Shown: piece after piece, positions 19,227 to 28,803 of the stretch
Numbering within the stretch: the stretch's first letter is position 1
Layout: the number at the start of each line of letters is the position of its first letter
Assembly (NCBI GenBank): GCA_046758445.1
Contig: JBHIAE010000010.1
Coordinates: 8,686 to 72,685, forward strand
Origin: Candidatus Thorarchaeota archaeon
Lineage (GTDB): Archaea; Asgardarchaeota; Thorarchaeia; Thorarchaeales; Thorarchaeaceae
Length of the DNA stretch: 64,000 nucleotides
Direction of reading: 5' to 3'
Made by a program: the position numbers and the translations under genes
Notes under the pieces: model-generated
Told to the model about the DNA's origin: nothing
Seen by the model: the letters and a program-made list of their open reading frames with translations, nothing else
Database searches by the model: none

Positions 19227-20807
19227 CCTGAACTTGGAAATCCGAATCGAGAACGGATTAAGAGCGGAGCTGATGCGCCTGTTTACCTTTCTGAATGGAG
19301 TCTTAGCATAGTACCAGGTCTCACCAAGCTTCTTTGATGCGATGTAGCCGCCAAAAATGACGATGACATACACGAGGTAGATGTTCCTGTGCGGAATCAG
19401 AATCATTGCACTCAGAAGAAACGGCACCCAAATCATGGAGAATGAGAAAGGAACTCTCTGTTCCATGCTTGTCGCGATGGTTGAGGACGAGAAGATTGAG
19501 AAGAACGGGGCAAACAAGGTGAAGTAGTACTTGTACACGCCTCTAGGTCCTGCAATGTTCACCCAGAGCATCATCAGAAGAGTGAGGAAGAGCAGGCGAC
19601 GAAGGTATACTTTGGATTGACCCTCGAGTTTCGGCTCCACCAGCATCAGAGCGGCGAATACAATGACGCCGAAATACAAGAGCCCACCAGAGTACACGAT
19701 GAAATTCATGATCCTAGCAAGCTCCGGAAGTCCTGCAATCACGGGAAGAACCTGTAGTCGCATGGGACTTCCATATCCAGGCGGTTCGGTGAAGGATTCT
19801 AGCCTGAAGCCTCCTGCCGCTAAACGCATGTAGGACCAGAAGTTGGGTTGAGCCACCACGAACGGGAACATAACGGCGGCAACGAAGACTAGGACAACAA
19901 GTACACTGACGATGAACTTGCGGAGATCTAGGTATTCTGTCATGAGATTTGTGAGATTCTGGAGGCGTCCAAGTTTGCCCTCTTGGTCAGACACTTTGAC
20001 AGACTCCTGATCTGAATCTACCTCCGTGCTGACATCTTGGGATGTGTCCTCGGCACTAGTAGTAGGTTCTGGTGTACGTGATTTCATTAGAAGGTACACA
20101 ACGAGAGGAATTCCAAGGAACCAAGCGGTCTGCTTGAACAACGCTGCAGTGACTATTAGCAAGGTGCCTGTGTGGCGTTTCCCCCGAACAAGCATATAGT
20201 AGCCCGAAAAGAAGAAGAATATCATCGGGGAGGGGTTTAGCCAGAGATAGTCGATGTGGAAGAGTACATTTGGTGCAAGTAGATAGGTAAAGGCAGCGAC
20301 CTCGCCCACGTGTCTATTGCCTGAGAACTCCTTTCCTAGACCGTATACAGGGAGCGCGGTCAGGAACCCTAGTGCTGCTATGAGGAATCCGATACCCCAG
20401 TTGTCTGGTAGGATCCATGTGCCCAGTCCGTAGAAGACAGCTGTCAGCGGGGGAAAGATATAGAGACCATTGTTGTTCTCGTATCCGTCAAGGACTATGT
20501 GTCCAAACTCGTCGCTGTAGGGCATCAATCCACTGAGCATGTTGTTGCCCCAATGAACGTAGAAGTACGGGTAATCAGTATAGCCCTCAAACTGATAGTT
20601 GATTGTGTAGCCGAATATCTCAAAGTGGCCTGGGTCATTTCCCAGCCAGACGTCCCAATTTATCCACAGGTCTTCGCTGAGATATCCCTCCAAAGAGAGA
20701 TTGAAGATTGGAACCCATATGGCCAGACCTACAGCGAGTATCACCAGAAGTATTCCATACTCGATTATGAAGCGTGCGACACGTTTCTTAATCTGTTCCA
20801 AGTCCAT
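19134..20807 (-). CDS. Polytopic GT-C-fold glycosyltransferase, paralogue of 16018-17508
   Basis: FEGYTDYPYFY, GLMPY, YIFPPL, WLNPSP, LFKQTA, PRGVYKYY shared with the paralogue. Confidence 0.7.
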   Translation of the reverse strand: MDLEQIKKRVARFIIEYGILLVILAVGLAIWVPIFNLSLEGYLSEDLWINWDVWLGNDPGHFEIFGYTINYQFEGYTDYPYFYVHWGNNMLSGLMPYSDEFGHIVLDGYENNNGLYIFPPLTAVFYGLGTWILPDNWGIGFLIAALGFLTALPVYGLGKEFSGNRHVGEVAAFTYLLAPNVLFHIDYLWLNPSPMIFFFFSGYYMLVRGKRHTGTLLIVTAALFKQTAWFLGIPLVVYLLMKSRTPEPTTSAEDTSQDVSTEVDSDQESVKVSDQEGKLGRLQNLTNLMTEYLDLRKFIVSVLVVLVFVAAVMFPFVVAQPNFWSYMRLAAGGFRLESFTEPPGYGSPMRLQVLPVIAGLPELARIMNFIVYSGGLLYFGVIVFAALMLVEPKLEGQSKVYLRRLLFLTLLMMLWVNIAGPRGVYKYYFTLFAPFFSIFSSSTIATSMEQRVPFSFSMIWVPFLLSAMILIPHRNIYLVYVIVIFGGYIASKKLGETWYYAKTPFRKVNRRISSALNPFSIRISKFRERMHSYAYPDESLNTQSKEQDVEGDTATRG

Positions 20808-20891
20808 GACGAGTGGCTTTCAGAAACACTCCCTAATATTTCTCCTCATCGGAATCCAAGGGCCTAATGGTGGCTGTTTGAGAGCATGGGT

Positions 20892-22991
20892 CTATGTGTC
20901 CGACGATAGTGATAGAACTGCAGTACTTGCTGGGCCGCTCTTGCTCACTTCCACCACCGGAACACCCTCCCATCCTTGTACATCTGTGTGCGTAATCAAG
21001 AATATCTGTTCAAAACTCTCGTCGTTTACCAGATTCCTTACGACTGACTCTCTGCGTGCCCTGTCAAGCCCTCCAAGCGGTTCATCCAGAAGAACACAAC
21101 GAACTCGTGGAGCTATCGATGGACTGTCTTTGAAGGGCCGTATACTGCTCATCGTCCTGCTGATTCCAAGTCGTAGACCGAGACTTACGGCTGTCCTGTC
21201 ACCGAAGCTTAGCTGAGATGACTTCTTCTTCGCCTTGTCTCGTTCATCCCAGATCTTGAGAAGTAGACCCGAACCAGACCTGCCCTTCGCCTGGGTCGGT
21301 TCAAGGTCTACAGAGGTGTACTGTCCATTTGTGAATGAACTCACATATTGATTGGTTGCCTTCCGTACTATTCCGATCAGGCGTTTCTGAAAGACATAGT
21401 CTGCTATGAAACCACTCACAAGCTTCCTCCGCACGTACGTGGCATGCGCTTTCAGCTCCTCAAGGTTCTTGATCTCAGCGCCGAGCTCCTTCATCTTTAC
21501 CTCTTTGCCCTCGAGCTCTTTGATTGCTAGTCTTTCTTTCTCAATCCTTCTCATTGCAGATTCGTACTGTGTCTGAAGTGAGCTAAGAGTTGTCTGCAGC
21601 TTCACTATCTTATTTCGAAGGTCATCTAAGCTACCAACATCATGCTTTGCTAGCAGTTTCTCCACAGTGTCTGCATCCATTCCCTTGAGCAATGTGCCAA
21701 GCATACCCGCCATCTTCTCGATGTCCTTTGTTGTGCGATCCACATCCTTGTGTTGTTTTGCCACTCGTCGTACTGCTTCTATGGCCTGTGGAATGGTTCT
21801 GAGTCTTTCCTCAGTTTCCTCCATCTCTCTCAGTATTGTCTTGCGTTCCCTCTCAAGGTGCGACACCTGTGATTTGAGCTTCTTGATTGACCCGTTGTAC
21901 TTCTTTACGAGCTTCTCGCGTTCCGCGGCTGTCAACAGTTTCTCGCATGTAGGACATGGAGCATCAGCAAGTTCGCCGGACTCTTCGTGGATTGTAAGGT
22001 GGTCCGCCTTCTCCTCAATGTCGCGGATGATACCCTCGTGAGTTCCAATTTCACGGTTGATTTCGTCAGACTTCTCAAGAGATGCCTTTCGCTCTTTCTC
22101 CAGTCGCCGATTCTCTTTTCTCAATGATTCCAGACGGGTCTTCGTGATTTGGGGACTGGAGTCGACAAGTCCAGCCTCCTTGAGTTCCCTCTTTACTTCG
22201 TCCATGCTTCGATTGAGTTCATCTTCCGATCTCTCAAGTTTCATGAATAACTCATGGATGGCTTTCAATCCCTTTGGCGATGGCAGTTGTTTTAACAGCT
22301 TCTCGGACTTGGCCTTCTCTTCGGCAACAGACTTCAGTTCTTCCTCTTCGAGTTTGATTCTTGACTCGGCCTCCGTCATTTGTTCACGAATCATCTCTGG
22401 GGGCCTGTACTCCTCATTCAGCACTCGAATCTCAGTAGTGAAACTCGCCTCCAAGTTCTCCAACTGCTTCTTCATCTGGTCCAGAAGCTCAATGTTGTAC
22501 ACCTTCTCTAGAAGTCCTCTAAGAACAGTAGGAGTCGCGCTAGCAATCAAGGCCACCTCGCCCTGTCTCACGAGAAGTGTCTGCAACGCCTGATTCAGCT
22601 CAAGATTCAGAATGTCCTCAACCTTCCTGTTGACTGTCTGACTCTTGTCAGCAATGCGTTTCCAGGTGTCCTCCGTCCTCTGTGAAAGAATGACGGCCAT
22701 CTTGTTCGCAGAATCATACGTGCGTTTAATCAAGTAACGAATACCAGCGACTTCAAAGACAAGCTCTACCCGAGTGAATGAAGAAGAGAAATTGATGAGC
22801 TCATCATTCGTGAGACCGACAGCTGTCGGACCCCATAGAGCCCACAGAATGGCCTCGAAGAGCGATGATTTCCCTGTAGAATTGGCCCCTCTGACTAGTA
22901 TCAGACCCCTAGGCAACTCATCGTCATCCTGGGGAATTCTGAGATTTCGAAAGGGCTTGAAATTCTGAACATCAATGCTGACGAGCCTCAT
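20892..22991 (-). CDS. rad50: Rad50/SbcC SMC-like ATPase
   Basis: Walker A GANSTGKS, Q-loop VRQGE, zinc hook CPTC, signature LSFGD, LLDEP, ITH. Confidence 0.88.
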   Translation of the reverse strand: MRLVSIDVQNFKPFRNLRIPQDDDELPRGLILVRGANSTGKSSLFEAILWALWGPTAVGLTNDELINFSSSFTRVELVFEVAGIRYLIKRTYDSANKMAVILSQRTEDTWKRIADKSQTVNRKVEDILNLELNQALQTLLVRQGEVALIASATPTVLRGLLEKVYNIELLDQMKKQLENLEASFTTEIRVLNEEYRPPEMIREQMTEAESRIKLEEEELKSVAEEKAKSEKLLKQLPSPKGLKAIHELFMKLERSEDELNRSMDEVKRELKEAGLVDSSPQITKTRLESLRKENRRLEKERKASLEKSDEINREIGTHEGIIRDIEEKADHLTIHEESGELADAPCPTCEKLLTAAEREKLVKKYNGSIKKLKSQVSHLERERKTILREMEETEERLRTIPQAIEAVRRVAKQHKDVDRTTKDIEKMAGMLGTLLKGMDADTVEKLLAKHDVGSLDDLRNKIVKLQTTLSSLQTQYESAMRRIEKERLAIKELEGKEVKMKELGAEIKNLEELKAHATYVRRKLVSGFIADYVFQKRLIGIVRKATNQYVSSFTNGQYTSVDLEPTQAKGRSGSGLLLKIWDERDKAKKKSSQLSFGDRTAVSLGLRLGISRTMSSIRPFKDSPSIAPRVRCVLLDEPLGGLDRARRESVVRNLVNDESFEQIFLITHTDVQGWEGVPVVEVSKSGPASTAVLSLSSDT

Positions 22992-24295
22992 TCTTCGCCC
23001 TCCGATAGCGTTTCAAGAGTGAGTCGCTCATCAGTCCGGGATACTGATAGCTTGAGCGCCTTCACTGCGATCTTCGTTAAGGTTCCCTCATCAAACCTCT
23101 CATCAACATCCAGTGTTTCCAGATAGGCTCTGAAGTCACTCTCAGGATTCTCAATTAGATACTCTGATTCAATCTCAGGATATGCAGGTGTGACATACTC
23201 GGCATCTGGTTGTCGAATGGTCCACACAAGCTGCGCGATGTTGTACTCACTGTCCGGGGAGTGAATCTTCGATCGGAGTGTTTCCATGGCTACAGTCAGT
23301 CCAAAAGCGCTCAGTCTTGTTGCCTGCCCCTCAATCATCAGCCGGACTCGTGCAGCTGAAACCGAATCCCAGCTGGTGACAAGCCCCTTCTCGTGAAATA
23401 TTGCTTCCGCCTTTTCAACAACAGTGTCTTCTGTGTCATCGGGATCCACGAGAATCTTCTCATTATACACAGGTCTAGTGAACTCGAGCTTGACTGGTGT
23501 GACCTCTGGAGTTTCACCATGTTCAAGCTCCACTATCAAGAAACCTTTGTCATATCGACTTTCATCGAATCTCCACCGTTCCGGAGACCCTGCATACCAC
23601 CTGTTACTCGAATGCTTGTGTTGATGATGGTCATGCCCTAGTGCTACATAATCATAGTCCATCTCAAATATGGTGGTGTGAAGAGACCTGTCAATCTCCA
23701 TTCCGTGAGCGACCCCAATGGACACTTTCTTTGGCTTGGGGACTTGACACTCAGATATCCAGTCATTGAAGTTGGCCACTTGGTTGGTGGATTCGAGTAC
23801 CTCATAGTCGATGAACGGAAAGCAAAACACGTCAAGCTTATCAAAAGAGTACATGAGAGGCTCATTGCTTGCCAGAGCTCGTTTTAGATCCACCTGAGTT
23901 GCAACATAGAGTCCCGGCACGGCCATCTTTAGAGAATCTAGCAGGGAAACTTCCAATGAGCGGTACAAGCCGTGATTGCCCTCGATTATGACTACTGGAA
24001 TGTCCGTTTCCTCGATGAACTTCTTGAGAACTGATATTGCGGTTTCCTGTGCTACAACTGGCGGCTGAGAGGGATTGTATTCCCAGGGAGAGTCATAGAG
24101 GTCTCCAGAATGGACAACTATGTCGACAGGTGGATCGAGTTCTGCAATCCTGTGGAATAGCTCAACGAACCTCTCATAGAAATCATTCTCTAGAAGTCGG
24201 CTTCTCATCTCCACTCCCCAGACGTTATGCTTCACCCCTTGGCGAGGCCGAGCTCCGAGATGGGTGTCGGAGATGTGTGCTATTCGAACGGGCAT
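22988..24295 (-). CDS. mre11: Mre11/SbcD metallophosphoesterase nuclease
   Basis: HISDTHLG, GDLYD, GNHG, YVALGHDH, YAGSPER, KGF; 4-bp overlap with rad50. Confidence 0.88.
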   Translation of the reverse strand: MPVRIAHISDTHLGARPRQGVKHNVWGVEMRSRLLENDFYERFVELFHRIAELDPPVDIVVHSGDLYDSPWEYNPSQPPVVAQETAISVLKKFIEETDIPVVIIEGNHGLYRSLEVSLLDSLKMAVPGLYVATQVDLKRALASNEPLMYSFDKLDVFCFPFIDYEVLESTNQVANFNDWISECQVPKPKKVSIGVAHGMEIDRSLHTTIFEMDYDYVALGHDHHQHKHSSNRWYAGSPERWRFDESRYDKGFLIVELEHGETPEVTPVKLEFTRPVYNEKILVDPDDTEDTVVEKAEAIFHEKGLVTSWDSVSAARVRLMIEGQATRLSAFGLTVAMETLRSKIHSPDSEYNIAQLVWTIRQPDAEYVTPAYPEIESEYLIENPESDFRAYLETLDVDERFDEGTLTKIAVKALKLSVSRTDERLTLETLSEGEE

Positions 24296-24305
24296 TCCTT
24301 ATTCC

Positions 24306-26063
24306 TCAGAGAACGTGCTTCTCACTCTTCTTCGATTGTTTCCCTTTGTACCTATGCTTGTCACGCTCAAAGACCGTGTCAAAGAGAGGTATCCGCACTG
24401 GTACTGGCATCTCGCGATAGGAAGCGGTCAAGAGGCCTTCACCCCTAGACATCACTCTGAATTCGTTCTCAAAGCCAGAGATGTTGACACTTGCATTCTC
24501 GATGCACGATCTGATCTCGCGTTCGTTACCTAGACGCAAGTTGATTTCGGTGTTCATTTGGCTCAAGATGACATTGTCAAGAACACTGACCTGTTGACTT
24601 ACGACTAGAAGCCCCATGTTGAACTTGCGACCCTGACGAGAGATGTCCTTGAAGACGGACCTTCCGCGCATAAGTTCAGGATTGAGAATTGAGGGCGCCT
24701 CTTCTACAGTGACCAAGATTACTGGGAGTTCTCTAGGGTCTTGTACAGGGTTGCTGTCTTCAATCCCACCCTCCCCATAGAAGGCCTTTGCCTGCTCCTT
24801 GACTGTTTTGAAAAAGGGTGTAGGAAGACGCATTTCTCCCTGACGTTCGAAATCACCCAAGTTTCCACTGCTTTTGAGGGCGCGCCTCAAGCCGGAAAGC
24901 GTCCTAGTTACTATTGTCGTAAGGAGGAACTGCTCCATGTCACGCATTAGGCTAGTGTTAACGACAAGAATTCGACCAGTTTCCATTGCTACGAAGACAT
25001 CTTTGAGAATGGAAGTACCTTTCTCCACAAAGATTTGCGAGCGTCGTAGGAAGCCGAGTCGACGTTGCACTGCATGAAGCGTTCCGGACGGTGTGCCATC
25101 TGGATCTTTTTCCATGTCAAGAATGGCCTTAATCCACCCATCCCGGTGAAGATTGAACTGAGCATCTATGAATGCAGACATTTGGGGAGTGAAATCGGTA
25201 ATAGAGTAGAGGTCCTGAGGGCGAATCTCCTCCCACAACACACGAATCTCCTTAGCGTACCTCCGTATCTCCCTGGGCGTTGCCCTCTTGTGCGTTGTGA
25301 GGTAGTAGAAGTCCCCAACAACATCCTTTCGCGTCTTCTGATCCATGGCCTCGACCACATTTTGAATCCCATAGGTGTCAACGCCTCTCGCAAACTCATC
25401 GTGGGGATCTATGCAGAACGCGGAAACTACCTTCTTCTCGCTGCTTGCGTCACGATAGACCTTCAGGTTCGAATCGATAATCGATTTGATCAACACCATC
25501 ATCAGGTTGCTCTTCCCAGCACCTGTTGACCCGAAGATGCCCACATGCATCGGAAGGAACTCAGATGGTACCATCACTGGAACATCTAGAGTTGCCTCTC
25601 CAACTTGGAGGTCGCCGATGTATACGTCACCATCAGTTTGAGAGCTGAGCATTTCTCTGACAGGGTCATCTGATTTGCTCGGAACTGGTCGATACACATC
25701 GGCCAGATGGTCCGGTAGGCGACGTGGTGACATGAATCTCCACTTACCAGCTCTATCCTCCGCATAGCCAAGCATTCTACCATCAACAAACAGTAGCATG
25801 TTACGCTCAATACCAGAAAGGTATGCATCACCCTCAACCATCAATGTGCCCGCCACTTGGGTCATGTCATCAACTTGTCTGAGGTAGTTCTCAAGGCCTA
25901 GGACTCTGAAGAAGAAGACTCTCTCATGGCCATCCCGCTGAGAGTATATCATGAATATCTCACCAACACTCACATCACGGTTGTTCCCCATGATTCCAAG
26001 CATAGTCTGGTTCCCAACACCAACTTTGCCATAGAGCTCCCCAAGTTTGTCTTTATCAAGCAT
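24306..26063 (-). CDS. herA: HerA helicase/translocase
   Basis: N-terminal HAS-barrel-like region, GSTGAGKS, IDPHDE, VEEAP, RQGRKF..SQ..SQMNT. Confidence 0.9.
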   Translation of the reverse strand: MLDKDKLGELYGKVGVGNQTMLGIMGNNRDVSVGEIFMIYSQRDGHERVFFFRVLGLENYLRQVDDMTQVAGTLMVEGDAYLSGIERNMLLFVDGRMLGYAEDRAGKWRFMSPRRLPDHLADVYRPVPSKSDDPVREMLSSQTDGDVYIGDLQVGEATLDVPVMVPSEFLPMHVGIFGSTGAGKSNLMMVLIKSIIDSNLKVYRDASSEKKVVSAFCIDPHDEFARGVDTYGIQNVVEAMDQKTRKDVVGDFYYLTTHKRATPREIRRYAKEIRVLWEEIRPQDLYSITDFTPQMSAFIDAQFNLHRDGWIKAILDMEKDPDGTPSGTLHAVQRRLGFLRRSQIFVEKGTSILKDVFVAMETGRILVVNTSLMRDMEQFLLTTIVTRTLSGLRRALKSSGNLGDFERQGEMRLPTPFFKTVKEQAKAFYGEGGIEDSNPVQDPRELPVILVTVEEAPSILNPELMRGRSVFKDISRQGRKFNMGLLVVSQQVSVLDNVILSQMNTEINLRLGNEREIRSCIENASVNISGFENEFRVMSRGEGLLTASYREMPVPVRIPLFDTVFERDKHRYKGKQSKKSEKHVL

Positions 26064-26082
26064 TGTCCATCACATCACTCTA

Positions 26083-27390
26083 TCATAGATTATAATCCGC
26101 TCTCATCGGGTCAGTCGTTCGTTGTTCTAGACCCATCTCCATCCGCACATCTCTGCATATCTCGCGTGCAAGACGCAAGTCTTCATAGCTTAGCTTGCAG
26201 GACTCATGTGCCAATGCCAGTGCCACTGGATAGCCGTACCATCTTGCGTCACGCGACATGAACTCCAAGTCACAGAAGAGAGATTTCTCGTTCTGCCTGG
26301 TTGCAACAGGATCATTTGGAACAAACACGTTCTCAAGCCACCAGATTCTATCAAAGTCGATACGTGAAGGCCTATTGTCACGAGAGAAGCTGAACAAGTA
26401 GGGAACCGCAAGAACGGGAGGAATGTAGGTCCTGTCCTCTGTTATGTGGAGTCCTCCCCCAAGGTCTTCTTTTGATGGGAGAAGACAGAACCATTTCGCA
26501 CCCTCTCCAAATATGTCCTGAGCCATCTTTGCGATGCGATGTGCAAAGGGAATGGTGTGATTCTTGCTTACCCCACACAATATGACACCCTCTTTGCGTG
26601 CCAGTGTGCATAGCTCTCTGAGCATGAAGCCACTCGGCAATGAAGGATACTTGCGTATGAAATGCATAAAGACTGACAGTCCACCGTCTAGAAGCAGGTA
26701 CCTTGGATTCAGGTCGCTACTCAGCAATTGTCGAGCGGCTGCATATTCCGACGCTTTGCGTAGCTCATCATGGACTATAGGATTCGTCAGAATCTGCGCT
26801 CTGGAAATGAGCGATTCCATCTCTCTGAGCTCAGGGAGATGCTTCTCATAATCAGTGCCTGCGAAGTCAGAGATGGATGAAATCTCCTCTCCTGTAAAGT
26901 CGTTGAAGAATGGTAGAAGCAGATTCACGATGTCCTTCAGCGGATAGATGTGCTCCAGCGTTTCAGCCATCTTCTTTTGAGCATCGTTTCTCACACCGGA
27001 ATGCCAGTGGACATCGAGATGGGGTTGACTTCCAAGCCTGGCTTCGAGCGCCTCTCTGCTGATTGGACTGAATAAGTTCTCTGCACGAGTGTTAGTGTCC
27101 AACACAACAGTGGTTGTACTCAGGAGATGAACCCTGATATCATCAAGCAACATCAGACCATCTGTCCCCGACCCGTCTACAGCGGCCACTAAGAAGTCCT
27201 CTTCAAGCAATACATCAGCAGGATGCGGCTCAATCGTATCGAGTAGTTTCTCCTTGATCCTTGCTTCGTCCTTCGAGAACTCCTCAGCATCACGTCGGTC
27301 TTGTTGATTGTCTATGTCTCTGAAGACGAGCCTCAGTATGTCCCTGAATCTGCCAGTCAGGATCTTTTCGAGCATACAACCCTCTCTCAA
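26083..27390 (-). CDS. nurA: NurA 5'-3' nuclease
   Basis: AVDGS, LLDGGL, GVSK, GYPVALALAH. Confidence 0.88.
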   Translation of the reverse strand: MREGCMLEKILTGRFRDILRLVFRDIDNQQDRRDAEEFSKDEARIKEKLLDTIEPHPADVLLEEDFLVAAVDGSGTDGLMLLDDIRVHLLSTTTVVLDTNTRAENLFSPISREALEARLGSQPHLDVHWHSGVRNDAQKKMAETLEHIYPLKDIVNLLLPFFNDFTGEEISSISDFAGTDYEKHLPELREMESLISRAQILTNPIVHDELRKASEYAAARQLLSSDLNPRYLLLDGGLSVFMHFIRKYPSLPSGFMLRELCTLARKEGVILCGVSKNHTIPFAHRIAKMAQDIFGEGAKWFCLLPSKEDLGGGLHITEDRTYIPPVLAVPYLFSFSRDNRPSRIDFDRIWWLENVFVPNDPVATRQNEKSLFCDLEFMSRDARWYGYPVALALAHESCKLSYEDLRLAREICRDVRMEMGLEQRTTDPMRADYNL

Positions 27391-27554
27391 TCAGCGTCGT
27401 GAAACAGCTGGGTCAACCTCATCAATCTCTCTTGGCACGGAGATAAAAACATAGCACTCGGATTGGTCGAGTAGTGCCTAGAAATGGAGCTGCAGGGAAT
27501 AGAACGGTCGTTGGCTCATTCACGACTGTTGACCCTGTGAGGGAGAACCGCTGT

Positions 27555-27863
27555 CTATTGAGATCTTGTCTACATCCTGGCGCCGAGGTACATCAGAATG
27601 ACACCAATGATCAGAGCGGATGCTATGATGGCCAACTCAACCATACCGAGAATCAGTCCGGTAGTTATCACCCAATAGCCGTACCAAGAGAGCGGCGTCA
27701 CCGGAATCATGAAACCCACTATGGCAATTCCTGCTCCCATCAGATGGTTTCGTCTTATGAGGCCCTCCATTTCTCTTTAGCCTAGTACGATAAGCACAAT
27801 CCCAATCAAGAAGCTGAGAGCCAGCAGAGAAGGTATGGATACTGCAAACATCGTTTCCTGCAT
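27555..27863 (-). pseudogene. Small 3-TM membrane protein gene interrupted by in-frame TAA (27777-27779) and possibly TAG (27570-27572)
   Basis: One frame reads MQETMFAVSIPSLLALSFLIGIVLIVLG*REMEGLIRRNHL...LGARM*TRSQ*. Confidence 0.55.
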
Positions 27864-28022
27864 CTTCTTGAAAACCCCTTTCAGTAACTTCAGAAGCTCA
27901 GGAGGGCATGAAATGAGCTGGAAATTAAGGATTTCCTTCGTTCCTCTGAGATTTTCTTAAAAGGAACGAGTTCATCGATTTCTTTGACCGCAAGGATTCT
28001 GGCATACTGGCGACTATGCGGA

Positions 28023-28760
28023 ATGACGGGAAGTGGTCCATTGCTTAGAATTACGTACTTTGGGAAGACATCGTTCGCATTGGAGTCCAAAGACACTTCT
28101 GTGCTTCTCAATCCAGGAGTGTGGGACAACGAACCCATGGTATCTGACGACTTTGACTGCAGAGTGATAATCGCGACCAATCACGAAGATGATGCTCTCG
28201 GGAACGCATCCACAATTGCAGTCAACTCCAAAGCATGGATTCTTGGCAATGAAGCCACGATTGAGAGAGCACGTGAACAGGGCGCTAAGGCATGGCTCCT
28301 GCATGTTCTGAAGATTGAAGAACCCTATGAGATTCCCGGTCTGAGAGTAGTACCGTTTGCACTGCAGAAGGGCGGTACAGAAACAGGCCAAGCAATCGAG
28401 AATCTTGGACTGCAGATTGACATCGGATCTATGAAGGTTTCTTACCTTGGCGACACTAGGGTTCGAGGACCCTTCGGGGATCTTGAAACCAATGTGATGA
28501 TTGTGCCAGTCAGTGGAGAAGGCGTCTTTGAAGTGAAAGACGCAGTGAGTCTATGCATTGATGCTAGACCACAGATCGGCATCCCGGTGAGATGGACTTC
28601 CCAAGACCAACCTCAGAAGTTCATCAGGTACATCGACCAATTCGGCAAAGGAACAACTCCGTTCAAGATGGACTCAGGGCAAACTCTTGAGGTCCAGTGG
28701 GCGGCTGGTCAAGAGTTCCAGCACAAGGTCGTGAGTTCTGATGAGCCAGAGCCAGAATAG
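28023..28760 (+). CDS. Metallo-beta-lactamase-fold protein (UPF0173/UlaG-like), degenerate metal site
   Basis: ITYFGKTSFAL..VLLNP, ATNHEDDALG (for THxHxDH), YLGDT, MIVPVSG, IPVRW. Confidence 0.7.
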   Translation: MTGSGPLLRITYFGKTSFALESKDTSVLLNPGVWDNEPMVSDDFDCRVIIATNHEDDALGNASTIAVNSKAWILGNEATIERAREQGAKAWLLHVLKIEEPYEIPGLRVVPFALQKGGTETGQAIENLGLQIDIGSMKVSYLGDTRVRGPFGDLETNVMIVPVSGEGVFEVKDAVSLCIDARPQIGIPVRWTSQDQPQKFIRYIDQFGKGTTPFKMDSGQTLEVQWAAGQEFQHKVVSSDEPEPE

Positions 28761-28803
28761 TCACCCGGGAGGGTGAACAATCGCAGAAGTGGGTGAAAGC
28801 TAA

